Positions 24,786 to 35,648 of a DNA stretch of 64,000 bases are shown here, piece after piece; the first letter of the stretch is position 1, and every line of letters starts with the position of its first letter. Source of the DNA: Vicugna vicugna (Eukaryota). Both the position numbers and the translations under genes were made by a program. The stretch spans positions 434,001-498,000 of the forward strand of contig MU061538.1 in NCBI GenBank assembly GCA_013265495.1, read 5' to 3'. The notes beneath the pieces were generated by a model that was not told where the DNA came from, did no database searches, and worked only from the letters and a program-made list of their open reading frames with translations.

Positions 24786-24850
24786 CTGACAACAAGGAGA
24801 AACTGGAAGAAGTGTCAGGACTGAAGATCCTTCAGACGGGAGTCGGCTCG
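24786..24850 (+). CDS. PTPRN2: Internal coding exon of receptor-type tyrosine-protein phosphatase N2 (phogrin/IA-2beta); C-terminal part of the mature ectodomain; corresponds to about human exon 12
   Basis: The acceptor is cttcttaatttctcctaacag (AG 24784-24785) and the donor is TCG|gtgagt (GT 24851-24852). The exon is 65 bp, phase 1 in and phase 0 out. It translates (G)CT GAC AAC AAG GAG AAA CTG GAA GAA GTG TCA GGA CTG AAG ATC CTT CAG ACG GGA GTC GGC TCG = [22 protein letters not shown]. Human PTPRN2 as recalled is [22 protein letters not shown] (19/22 identical). Confidence 0.95.
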
Positions 24851-25299
24851 GTGAGTAGCTGCAGGCTGTCTGCTGAGACACCCAGGCGGCCGTGTGGTCT
24901 CGGGGGAGAGGCCAGGCGAGCACCGGCCGGGGGACAGTGGGAGGGTCTGTCCATGCGACGTCATGCTGCGTTAGCAGAGGAGCCGCTGGCTGGGGCCAGG
25001 CCGGTCCTCCCATTGGCTGAGACACCGTTCCACGATGCCTGGCTAATTGGACAGTTTTGGTTTTGGTTACCTTTGAAATTGCAATTTGGTGTCTCCCCGA
25101 GAAACAACAGTCGTGGCTAAGGAAAGGTTGGAACTTTTGGAAACCTGTACTTCCTTCTTCAGATGGTCCACAGTTGCTGAGTTTGTAGCCGAGAGAAATG
25201 GCTCTTCTCTGGGGTCGGGGGGGGGCACTTCTCTCTTCCTTGTTAAAGACGTGTGTGGGGTGGGGGCAGCGTGCAAGGAGAGTGTCTCTGCGGCGAATC

Positions 25300-25640
25300 C
25301 AGGGCCTTGTCCTGACGCTGCTGTGCGGGCGTCAGAAGGGGGCCCTTGGCCAAACGCCCCGTCAGCAGTGAGGGCTGACGGCGCTGAGCCCCAGGGACCC
25401 GGTACGCGGGTGCCCGGTCTCGGGCCCCGCGGTGAGTTGCACTCACGCGGGCGGGCGTGCTCCCTCTCAGGGGCGGTGTGCGGCCACTCGGAAGTCAGCG
25501 CGGCCCGAAACCGACCTGTGCCGCGTCTGCAGGGCTCGGCTTCACGGCCTGGCGGTTAATTAACATGAAGTGCGCTTGTTCCCGGCGCTCCTGGCCCGCA
25601 GCAGGTTCCTCCCGGAGCCACTCGGAGATCGGCCGCTGTC
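25300..25640. promoter_or_regulatory. CpG-island-like patch about 0.5 kb downstream of the exon
   Basis: High CpG density (gtacgcggg, ccccgcgg, cacgcgggcgggcg, agcgcggcccg). It has an embedded TTAATTAA at 25556-25563. Confidence 0.55.
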
Positions 25641-28424
25641 TTCCTCTCCTGGGGAAGCCCTTGTTCAGTGGCTGTGAGTCTGGCTCCTGAAATGAGAACT
25701 CACTCAACCGCCGGTTCTTGTTAGACGGAGGCTCCCTGCCTGGCAAGTAGGGGCGGGGGCTCCTTGCCAAGCGCAGGCAGGAGACCGGAGACCGCAGAGA
25801 CGCGTCAGCGCGGGGAGGGCCGGCCTGATGAACGGTTTGGCAGCGGAGGGCATCCTGGTCTTTTCCGGCCGAAACCCAAAATGCGCTGTGTGTGACTTTA
25901 GCAACCCGTGAGGGTGGGGAGAGGCCTAGGGTCTGTGGGGCCCCAAGACCATGTGTACCCGTGGAGGTGCGGGGACAGTGGTGGGAAGGGCCAGGTGGCT
26001 GTGAGGACCCGCGCCCGGGATGGAGGGCTCGGATCCTCAGCCCCTCTTCTCCTGCCCCCTCAGCCCCGTCCAGTGGGATCCTGTTTGGTGCCACGTGGTG
26101 TCCAGAGACTGGGAACGCATCCAGACTGGCTTGGGGTGAGGCCATCAGGGCGGCCCAGTCAGAGGATGCTCTGGTGCTGAGAATCCGCCCCCCCTGGGCG
26201 GAGTTCCAGCCACACAGGGACAGCGGGCTGGGCTGGGCCCACCGTGTCTGTGGAAGGGCTGGAGGGGCGGGGAGGGGCAGGACCAGCAGTGGGTCCTCCT
26301 GTGCCCGCCCCACTGGCCGTCCTCGCGTCACCTCCTCGCTCTGCTGATCGTCTCACTCGAAAGCCATAACCGCGGAGGTCAGGTCTCCTCACCCAGGCAG
26401 CCGCCCTGCGCGTGCGTGCGTGGTCATCCCGTCTGTGACGCGGACGCCTGTTTCACTGCGCGGAGGCCCTGCCCCTCCCTCATCGGACCGCCGCCCAGTG
26501 AACACTGGGGCCCCTGGCCTGGGGCGAGGCGCCTGCTCCCACCTCGCTTTGGGGCCGCCTCCTGCCACCCGGTCGGGCCCCCTCTCTCTCCTGTGCCATC
26601 GCTGCTCCGTCCTTCTGGCTGAGTAATGTCGGCACACAGATCTGCTGCAGTATTTCCCACCTCAGTAAGGTGCTCAGCCGCCTGGACACCAGTCTCTCCC
26701 CAGCCAGGCCTTCTCACCCCCCACCTTCACAGGAAGACTTCTCCCAGACTGTGTCCGCACCCCGCGGCTTCTCCTGACACCCACCAGGCCTGGTCCTACC
26801 GTTCAGGGCGTCCCCAGGGCCTCAGCTCCCGGCACCAGAGTCACTTCCTGCGCGCAGATTCCCTGCCCTCCCGGAGTTGCTGACTGGCCTCCTTTCTGAG
26901 GCCGGTTGTGCTGAGACACCCCCCCCATCATTGGATCCTATTCCTGATTCCTCCCTCGCCCCCGAGGGAGCTCACCCAGGCCTCGGGGTTTTATGTTACG
27001 TGTACGGTGATGACCCCAGGTCACACCTCCAGCCCCAGCCGGTTCACTGTGATCCACACACGCGCAGACACCAGCCCCTGCACGTCTGTCCCTGGAGACC
27101 TGCCAGGTGTGGACCCAGCCGGGGCAGTGCCGGGCTCTGGGCGTCCTGTCACAGCCTGGCTCCGCCCAGGCTCCCGGCTCCCGGGTGGAGACGGTGTCGC
27201 TTCAGCTGGGGAAGTGCCGTCTGGGACCTGGGAGGACCCGACTCGTGACGCCGGCTTGCCCGCCGTCTCTTAACCGCGGAGGGTCACTGTTCCGGGTGCC
27301 TGCCCTTCTTGCGTGCGGGCGCGGATTCTGCCTAGACCGGTGGGCTGCTGGGGGAGTGCGCAGGGCAGGGCAGACCCCCCCACACCCACTGCACGGCCCC
27401 TGCGTCCTCGTCCAGTCTCCTCTGCTTCCTCTCTGGCCCCAAGTGGCCAGAAGCCTGACCTCACCCTCCCCGGGGGCAGACAAGGACCAAACCGCAGCCC
27501 ATTTATTTCATCCACTAATGGAAGCGTGGCGGTGAGAGGCTCGCCCAGCCCTGGCTCTCCCTGACAGTGAGGGGTCCCCAGAGGTTCCCTGGACCCACAA
27601 ATATCTGGAGACCGGCTCTCCGCCCCCTGTCCTTTTCCACATGGCAGTGTTGCATTTCAAAGGCAGTATTGCTCTCACCTTTGAAGTTGTCTGAGGTCAT
27701 CCTGATGGTTCTCAAGCCAGGTTCCCACATTCCACGTAGCTTCTTCTGACCGGTCTCCAGTCTGGACAGAGACAAGAGGCGTCCGTGCATTTGGAGCAGG
27801 TTTGGGGAAGTGAAAATGGGAGTAGAGGGGCAAGTTGCAATGTCTTTAAAAAGCTAACAGTAGTCCTTTCTCTGATTTTCATAGCCTTGTGCAGGACTGA
27901 GCCTGATTTTGATGTTTCTGATTTTTTTTTTTTGAAATGCATTTGGTATGAATGTCTCTGCTAATTCCTGACTCTGGAAGGTAAAGCTCGGTCTCTGCTA
28001 GAAGTCTGGCAGCATCCACAGGGTCTCTCCCTGGTGCTTGGGACTCAGCGTGTGATGACAGATAGCGGCATTAAAACCTTTTAAGCCAAATGGAAACGTC
28101 TCAAAACAAAATCTAAAGGAAATGAACAGATTACAGTTCCTGATAGATCGGTGGTATTTTGACGTGTTTCAAAATCTAATTTCCGATATCTTGAAAGTGT
28201 TCTCATTTTTTCAAATTAATAAAGTCACGTGTCTTCCAAAGGAAAATTATAACATTACAAAGAAAAACTCAAATATTTGGAAGAGAAGTAATTGAGGCGG
28301 TGTCACCAGGAGAGCAGACTCGCGAGTGTGGCTCCGTAAGTGTGTCTGAAACCAGTCACGTCCTGGTTTCTCATCAGTGTGACAGACACCGTGCCATGGA
28401 CCTGCCTCCGCACCCTGGTTATTC

Positions 28425-28670
28425 ATGTTTTACTGAAGTGAAGTCGGTTACCGTGTGTTGGTTTCCGGCGTGCAGCCCAGTGTCCCCGTCATGCATGTAC
28501 ACACACATACACGCTTTCAGTTCTCTTTCATTGAAGGTGGTTGTAAGATACTGGATGTAGTTCTCTGTGCTCTACAGAAGAGGTTTGTTTTTCATCTGTT
28601 TTATGCACAGTGGTTAACCTTTGCAAACCTCAGACTCCCAGATTTAACCCTCCCCACCCCAAAGCCACTA
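28425..28670 (-). mobile_element. L1 3' end of the cetartiodactyl/L1MA type
   Basis: ttttactgaagtgaagtcggttacc...ggtttccggcgtgcagc...gttgtaagatactggatgtagttctctgtgctctacag...cagactcccagatttaaccctcccc matches the recalled reversed L1 3' UTR of this lineage. Confidence 0.75.
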
Positions 28671-29684
28671 CTCTAAACGGCTTCATCAAAACCTGAGTCC
28701 AGTGGTCTCGGGAGCCCCTGAGAGGAGCTGGGTGTTACGAGCAGACGTGGGCCAGGCCGGGGGCAGAAATGCAGGCGGTGATGGCCCGAGTCACAGGGAT
28801 GCTCAGGCCAAGCCAGTGTCCCGCCAGGTCCCCAGACGCCCATTTGCAGTCGCATGGACTCAGGAATGACCTGGTGTCGAGGGGCCTTTCCAAAGTGAAG
28901 GAGGCACCACGGTAAACCCCCTGGGGGGACCGGGGCAGAGCTCCCCGTAGTCGTCAGGTCGAGGGGGCGTGGTCAAGCCCACAAGTGTCCCTTTTCACGC
29001 GGTGGGTGGAAGGGGCACCTGCCTTCGTCGCACTCAGTAAATTCCTGCAGGTGTTCGGGCAGGGCCCGCAGGTGGTGCAGCCCCGACCTGAAGCACTGCG
29101 CGCGGCTCCGTGCGGCTCTGCGGCCAAAGGGAGTTTGCGCCGAGACAGGAAGCCCCGTGCGGGGGGCCGGGGGACAAGTGGACCCGAGTGAGGAGCCGGC
29201 AGACACCCTAACCTCCCCCCAGAGTCTACTCCAGAGCCTCGTCCCTGAGGCGGTGACAGAGGTGGCTCACAGGTGACAGTCTCGGTTTCTTTAGTAAAGA
29301 CCAGAGGTGCTCAAACTCAATGCCCAGTTCTCAGAAACCAGCAGGACCATGAGAAGCCACAGCCTGTGAACCCTCTCACCCCTCAGCCCGGTGATCGTGC
29401 TCCCAGAAACTTAGCTCAAGAGGAGCGTTCACGGCGGGAAGACGAAGACACGGGCTTTGGGAAAAACAGAACTGCCCTGATACCGAGCCAGTGGGGGCCA
29501 CTAATCACATCACTGTCATCACGTAACAGAATCGGGGGGCTCCACTGAAGGTTGCTGTGGCGAGCCTGAACTCAGGGAGCTCTGCGCTCAGACGCGGGAC
29601 GGAGGACCAGGTGTGGGGGAGGCCCGTCCTGGAACAGGCTGGGGGTTCTGAGTGAGGTTTCTCCTTTCCCGAAATTTTGTTAAT

Positions 29685-29830
29685 GCCATTTTTAAACTTT
29701 GATTTTGAAATCATTATAGATTCAGAGGAAGTCGTAAAGACGGCACAGAGATGTCCTGTGTACACGTCGCCGAGTCTGCCCCAGTGGTTCCACCCACGTG
29801 ATTCTAGGAAAAGAGCGAAACCAGGAGGAG
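29685..29830 (-). mobile_element. L1MB-like 3' end fragment
   Basis: tttttaaactttgattttgaaatcattatagattcagaggaagtcgtaaagacggcacagagatgtcctgtgtac. Confidence 0.7.
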
Positions 29831-32399
29831 GCTGTCGGTTCAGTGTGTGTGGTTCTTTGTCACGTTATCTTCCATACCAGTTTTCACTATTTTAATAAAG
29901 ACAAAACATGCAGCCAGAGGAAGTGGGCACATACTTGTCTTTAAACACGTGAGGACGCACGAGGACACACCGCCGCGTGAGCCACTGCGGCTCCTGGATT
30001 GCTGGGGGATACGGCCGGCCGGTGCATGTACCAGAGACAAGGGAAAATTTAAGAGGCTAAGAAGCGGCGTAACAGATACGCTGCCACAGGCAGCAGCGGC
30101 CGCGCAGCCGACAGGTGCCTGCGTGCGCCCCGAGGGCCAGTGGCTGAGGTCTTTCCTTAGGGGGTCACACAGGTCCCGAGGGGCCACGGGGTGCTCCAGC
30201 GGCTTGTGTGCAAGCCTCTGATTGGCTGTCGGTGAGGTAAGAGGTTTGGCGTCCACGAAGGGCCGTGGGGTTTATGGCTACAGGTGGGGATGTGGGCTGA
30301 GCTCCCGTGAGACTGGGCGTTCCCCAGGCTGGGAGTTTGTCAGGGGAAGCATGCCCCGTGAAGAACCTGCTTCGTCTGAGGAGGGATCGCGGGCAGGCGT
30401 CTAGGAGGCCAGGAAGGGGGGTCACTGAACTGGGACGGGAGCCAGTTGGCCCCACTTCTGTGAAGCTCGTATATGACACTGCATGTACATGGGCAGGACA
30501 TAGTAAGTAATTAAAAATGTCCCGGGTTGGGATCCAGACCCGTATTTGGAGTTCCACAGGAAGGGCCCTGGGTGTGTGGGCAGCAGAGGAGCAGGAGGGG
30601 TGGGGAGGGTGTCCCGTGCGGCGATGGGCCGACGAGGGGTCGTGACAAGGTGGTCTTGTCAGGAGGGAGAAGAGGTAGCAGACTCGGGACTGGCTGAAGG
30701 AGGCGGTGCATCCGAGCACGCATTGCTGAGTGAGCCAGAGATGTCGGCGCCAGCGGGGCTCCTGGGGAACGAGGCCGCAAGCTGCGTCTGAGATGCTGCT
30801 GGCGTGTTTGCAAGGACCGGCCGAACCCGTGGTGAAGACTTTGCGGCTCCTTAGAGGGGCATGTGGTTGGCCCTCCCGCGTCCCAAGGCTCCCTTCCCAT
30901 CCAGCCACAGGCCGGCTGTGACCGGAGGACAGAAGGTGGACACCAGCGGACCAGGGAGGTCTGGGACCCCAGACGCGGGCAGTCCAGGGATTCGCGGCAT
31001 CCGCACCCGCAAGGCCCTCTCAGCTCCGGGGTGTGGGAGGGCTTGGGGACAGAATCTGTGCTGGGGGCCACGGGCCCTGGGGCCTGTGAGGGAGCTGGGC
31101 GTCCCCCTCCTGGCCGCGTGGGCCTCTCTGCCCGTTCACGTAGGCCCGGCGGCACCAGAGCCCGGCTCCCAGCACTGTCACTGTGTGCGTGGTCGCCGTA
31201 CTTTATTCTGGTCTGTGTTTCTGGACGGAGAAAACTGGTATTTTTTCTTCTAAACGCAAAAAGTGCATCAGCTCTAAGAAAGGCCTGCTTACCTGTAAAT
31301 ATTCCTAATTGTGTTTGGAAAGGGAAACCCACATGAAAATGCACTGAAACGTTTTCAGGGGCCTGTCCAGACCGCTCTGGGGGTCCCCGCACTGAGCGGT
31401 GGGTAAAGGTCAGAGCTCAGGGGCCACTGGGCTTCCAGCGCTTCTGTGGTCACCTCCCTCTGCGGACGGTCGCTGGACGGTCGCTGGACGGCCCCCGGAG
31501 CCCCGCACCCCCCCGGCACCCCCAGCGCAGCCCTGGCTGCTCTTCATACTATTTTCTTATTGCTCAGGAGTGAAGAAAATCACACAAAAATGTGTTCGAT
31601 GTAATTAACTGCCCACGGCATAGTGACAAATACAAGTTCATTGTGAAGCGACGCTTCCTTCTCAGATGCCGTGTGAAGTCCACGTCACGTGGGCCCACGG
31701 ACGTCTTTTCAATACTTCTCATGATTTAAGGCAGGAGAGGGGCCCTGCGATGAGGCAGTTGCTATAGTGACAAATTCAGTTTTTATTCACCATCGGAGCA
31801 AATAGTCACGTCAGATGAAATGAGTGTTGCCTGCCTGTGGCTGCGGCAGCCCCCCCTTCTGACACCCCAGCTGCGTTTTCGTGGAAAGTGTGTGATGTGT
31901 GTCCCGCGCTCTGTCTGGGCGGGGCCTGGATGGGCCCCCCCGAGACTCGGAGGGTCCCTGCAACACAGTGCCAGGTGGTTCCCGCTGCCTCCTCTCCGGG
32001 GCGGTTAGCAGTTAATTTTTCATTTAAAAAGCTGAACTCCAGGGAGACCCCCGAGAGCCCTCAGAATGTAATATCCCAGAAACCGTGTTCACTCCTCAGC
32101 CCGTAAGACTTGAAATTGCTTGAAGGAGTGGAGAGACTTCAAGGAAGACACACAAGGCAGGCTCCCCACAGCGCGACCCAGGCTCACCCCCCAGGCGCTG
32201 TCCTGGGCGCCGCACGGGCGTCCTCGCCCTGGCCCCGCGAGGTGGGCACACGTCACAGACGAGGAACCGGCACAGGGAGGTCAAGAGCAGCGACGGTGGT
32301 CAGGCTGCCCTGCGGGCGGCCAACCCCAGAGCCCGTGTCTCCTTCCCTGAATGGAACCACATCGGCTTTGACTTCCGCCCGTTGGTGAGAGGACCCTGC

Positions 32400-32710
32400 T
32401 GGCTCCTGTCACTTGGAAGTGCAGCCACCGAGGGGGTGGCTTCAGAGTTGGCTCCTGGTCTTCCAGCGACAGACCTGCACCCTCTGGGTTCCCACGGGAG
32501 CTGCTGCTCCGCGTCCTCCCAGGGGAGGGGTGAGTGGGACATCTCTTTGCTGGGGCTGCAGTCACACAGCCCCACGACCCAGGGGCTCAGGCCCCCCCCC
32601 AGTGACCTCACTGTACCATGATCCCCTCGGTTAAGGTCACATCCTGAAGTCCTGAGGGTCAGAATGCCAACATTGCCCACTTTGGGGGACACAGCTTAGC
32701 CCACACACAG
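32400..32710 (-). mobile_element. Old MaLR (MLT1-type) LTR fragment
   Basis: ggtcacatcctgaagtcctgagggtcagaatgccaaca...tttgggggacacagcttagcccacaca is the typical MLT1 terminus. Confidence 0.55.
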
Positions 32711-34004
32711 CGAGCTGGCTGTGCGAGACCCCCCCCCCACTCCGCTGGATGGCTGCGCTGTCAGGACCCCCCATCCCAGGGATCCAGAGTCCAGAGGGTG
32801 GAGGAGCCCAGAGTCCCTGCCTCCCCCACCCGGCTTTTCCGTAATGTCCCCAAGCGTCTGAGTGACTCAGTCCACGTCTGTCTCTCTTGTCCGTGAGCTC
32901 AAGAGTGAAGCCATACGCGTGGTAATCACCCGCATCTCCCGCCTTGAGCATGATGCCGGGCACACGGCAGGGGCTCGGTGAACCCTTGGGACAGACTGAC
33001 CCGGGGCCTGACGCCCCTCCTGGGCTCGCGCGTCTGCGCCGTCTGCTCCAGGGGTCGTCCCTCTGCTCTCTCCCTGCTCTGACATCTCCACGTAAGGTGC
33101 ATTACTCTGGAAAAGGCTTCTCCCTGCCCACCGTGCCCACCTGATCTGCTGCCACCGGAATACCGGGGGCTCCCCTCTGTGCTGGCCCGAAGGCAGCCGC
33201 GCGTGGCCCGTCCGCAGCCCGTTCCCACCCCAGGCCAGTCTCCCTGCAACGGAGCTGATCCTTCAACTGCCGGTTTGAGTACCTGCCGTAGCTCAATCCA
33301 TGGGCTTAACAAAAATTCTTTTTCAGCCATATGGAGTAATTAGTAATCGATACAACAGAAAATATAATCAAATGCTAAGTTCAAAGTAACCTCGTGTCAG
33401 AGCAGACACGCGGCCTGTGCCACGCCGGCGAGCTCCGCGGAGGGGATTGCGGCTTGGAGGTACTCGGTGCGTCCGCGTGTGTCCACGTCTCTCCTGCAGT
33501 GAGAACGGGGTCCACCTCACTGAGGTGCCCCTGAAGCTGGGCCCAGTTCTCCAGCGTAAACGCCCCTAGTGTTCAGTCAGCAGTGAAACGTATGCCCTGC
33601 ATGTAACTAGAGCAGTTCCAGGAGGGAAGGGCAGCTGGTGCTGGAGGAACCGCCCTCGTGGGGCTCGGTCCTGGGCAGCGTCGGGGCGTCAGGGTCGGGT
33701 GGGCCGCAGAGCCAACCTCCCTCCTCCCTTTCCCTGGACTCCCGGGTGCAGCGCCATCTCCGAGGCTCCACTCCAGGCCCTGAAATTGCTCCACAAGCAC
33801 CACCCTGTGGGGGCCACGAGGCCCTGGGATGTCTCTGGTGCCCCTGTCACCACGTGTCACCCCAGATGTGGCACCATCAGTGCCAATCTGCGAGACTGGA
33901 CTTCTGGTCTGCCCGGGTCCCACAGGCCTCCCACAACTGGCAGAGGGCTTTCAGCCACTGGGGTCCTGCCTGTCAGGGTCCCACCCGGACCGCGGCCACC
34001 ACCG

Positions 34005-34395
34005 GTCTGGGTATCGGGGTCCTAAGGCTGCAGTGGCAAAGTGCCCCAAGCCGGGGCTGAGAAGAGCAGAGATGCGCTCTCCCCAGGGCAGGGGGCCGGA
34101 AGTCCAAGATCAGGGCATCTCGGGCCGCACGCCCTCCGGAGCCTCCAGGGTGGATCCTTCCTGCCTCTTTCAGCTCTGGTGTCGCTGGCGTCCTGCACTT
34201 GAGCTGCCTCCCTCCAGCCTCTGCGTCCATCCTCACAGCCTCCCTGTGTGTCTCATCTCATAAAGACGCTGGTCATGGCCTCACCTGAGCTGATCACGTC
34301 TGCAAGGCCCTGTTTCCAAGAAGCCCTTCCTCCCAGGGCTGAGGGTTAGGCCGTGACACACCTTTTGGGGAGATGCAGTTTGACCCGCAGGACCC
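34005..34395 (-). mobile_element. MLT1 (MaLR) solo LTR
   Basis: gtcctaaggctgcagtggcaaagtgcc...gggccggaagtccaagatcagg...gcctccagggtggatccttcctgcctctttcagctctggtg...tctgcaaggccctgtttccaa...gggttagg...cttttggggagatgcagtttgacccgca. Confidence 0.8.
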
Positions 34396-35166
34396 ACAAG
34401 TCACAGATGTCATTCACCCTCCTGACCCGAAGCACCAGGATCGATTATCAACTGACCTACAACTGAATTTCCCTCCTTTGGGGTTACAGGGCCCTGTCCA
34501 CCCGCTTCATAACGGAGTTCACGTCTGCAGCCAGATCGGTTTCCCTGTTAACAGTCAAGTTGGATTGAAAGGACCTCGGGTCAAGTTGGATCCCCTCGGC
34601 AGTCCCCTCCCCTACACAGACACACGTGCTCCCAACACCCGCCGTCTGAGTGAACGACCCCGGCAAGTGGGGGCTGAGAAAATCGGAGAGAACTGCGCTC
34701 GACACGTGGGGTCGGGGCTGTGACTGACCACACCTGTCCGGTGAGATGTCGCAGGGAGAGACAGGCATGGCGATGGCTCACTTACAGGCCTGTTGGATAG
34801 CTGCGAATTTTCATGAAAACATGAAAAGTAAACAATTTTTGTTGTTTGCATTGGGTTGCCACCTTCTCTCATCACGATTCTTGAAAGTTGAAATCCCCTC
34901 AGCCCCTCCCCTGTGCCACAGGGACGCCTGCTGTTCTCCACGAATAAGACGAGTTTTTCAACTAGACGGTAGGTTAAGTGCACTTACAGGATCTTTACCC
35001 ACGAAGCTGCCGAGATCAAGGACAAAACGCGAATTTTCCGACTTCTGGATAAACTGCTCCTGGTAGACCTGGTGGGGAGGGGCGCCCCCAGGAGCCCCGG
35101 GAAGGGCCGTCCAGGGCCGGCGGGGAGCACCTGGCTTGGTCTCCGTGTCATGCAGGGGCGTCGTGG

Positions 35167-35648
35167 TGCTGGCCAGACTCTCACTTAATCCAAGCTTGTA
35201 CTGCTCGCCCCACGACAGGCCAATAAGTCGAGAGACATGGTGTTGGGACAAGAAGAGCATCTTTATTTGGGAAGGCAGCAGACCGAGAAGGTGGGGGCTC
35301 GTGTCCCAAAGAGCCACGTTGCCTGAGTTAGAGTTCAGGCTTGTCTTATACTAAAAGGGGAGGGGGTCACGTCAGACGCTTCCTGGTTCTGCTCAGCCTC
35401 CGGAAGGGACGTGTTAATTTCCTCCTTCCCGGTCACTTGCAGCGGGGCCTGGTCAGGATGTGGCCTGTGAGCCAAATAGAGGAGTTTTAGCTCAGCGCCC
35501 AGGTTCTCAGAGGTGGGCCATGATGTGTAATGTAAGCTTATAGGCCACATCCTTTTAGTGATTAACTTGTAGTAAAAGCAATAGATACGAAGATTAACAT
35601 AAAAGAAACAGATCCAATATGGGGTCAGATTTGTTCTTCCCTGTTACA
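35167..35648 (-). mobile_element. ERV1-type solo LTR, oriented antisense to PTPRN2
   Basis: About 480 bp, bounded TG...CA. On the minus strand there is a TATA-like TATAAG (35350-35345) and an AATAAA (35267-35262). The motif ctgctcgccccacgacaggccaataagtcgagagac...gtgttggga...tttattt is typical of reversed MER4-group/ERV1 LTR ends. No PBS is seen, so it is a solo LTR. Confidence 0.75.

Noticed and set aside
25163-25431. Cryptic + strand exon (strong acceptor at 25162, GTGAGT donor at 25432)
   Set aside because: It has an in-frame stop after 5 codons and no independent support. Such site pairs are common in long introns. The donor is mentioned only under the CpG-island finding.
31618-31630. gcatagtgacaaa resembles mature miR-153 (miR-153-2 is known to lie in a PTPRN2 intron)
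   Set aside because: Only a 13-nt partial match with a mismatch. There is no complementary arm or pre-miRNA hairpin, and the duplicated RFX half-site motif explains it better.
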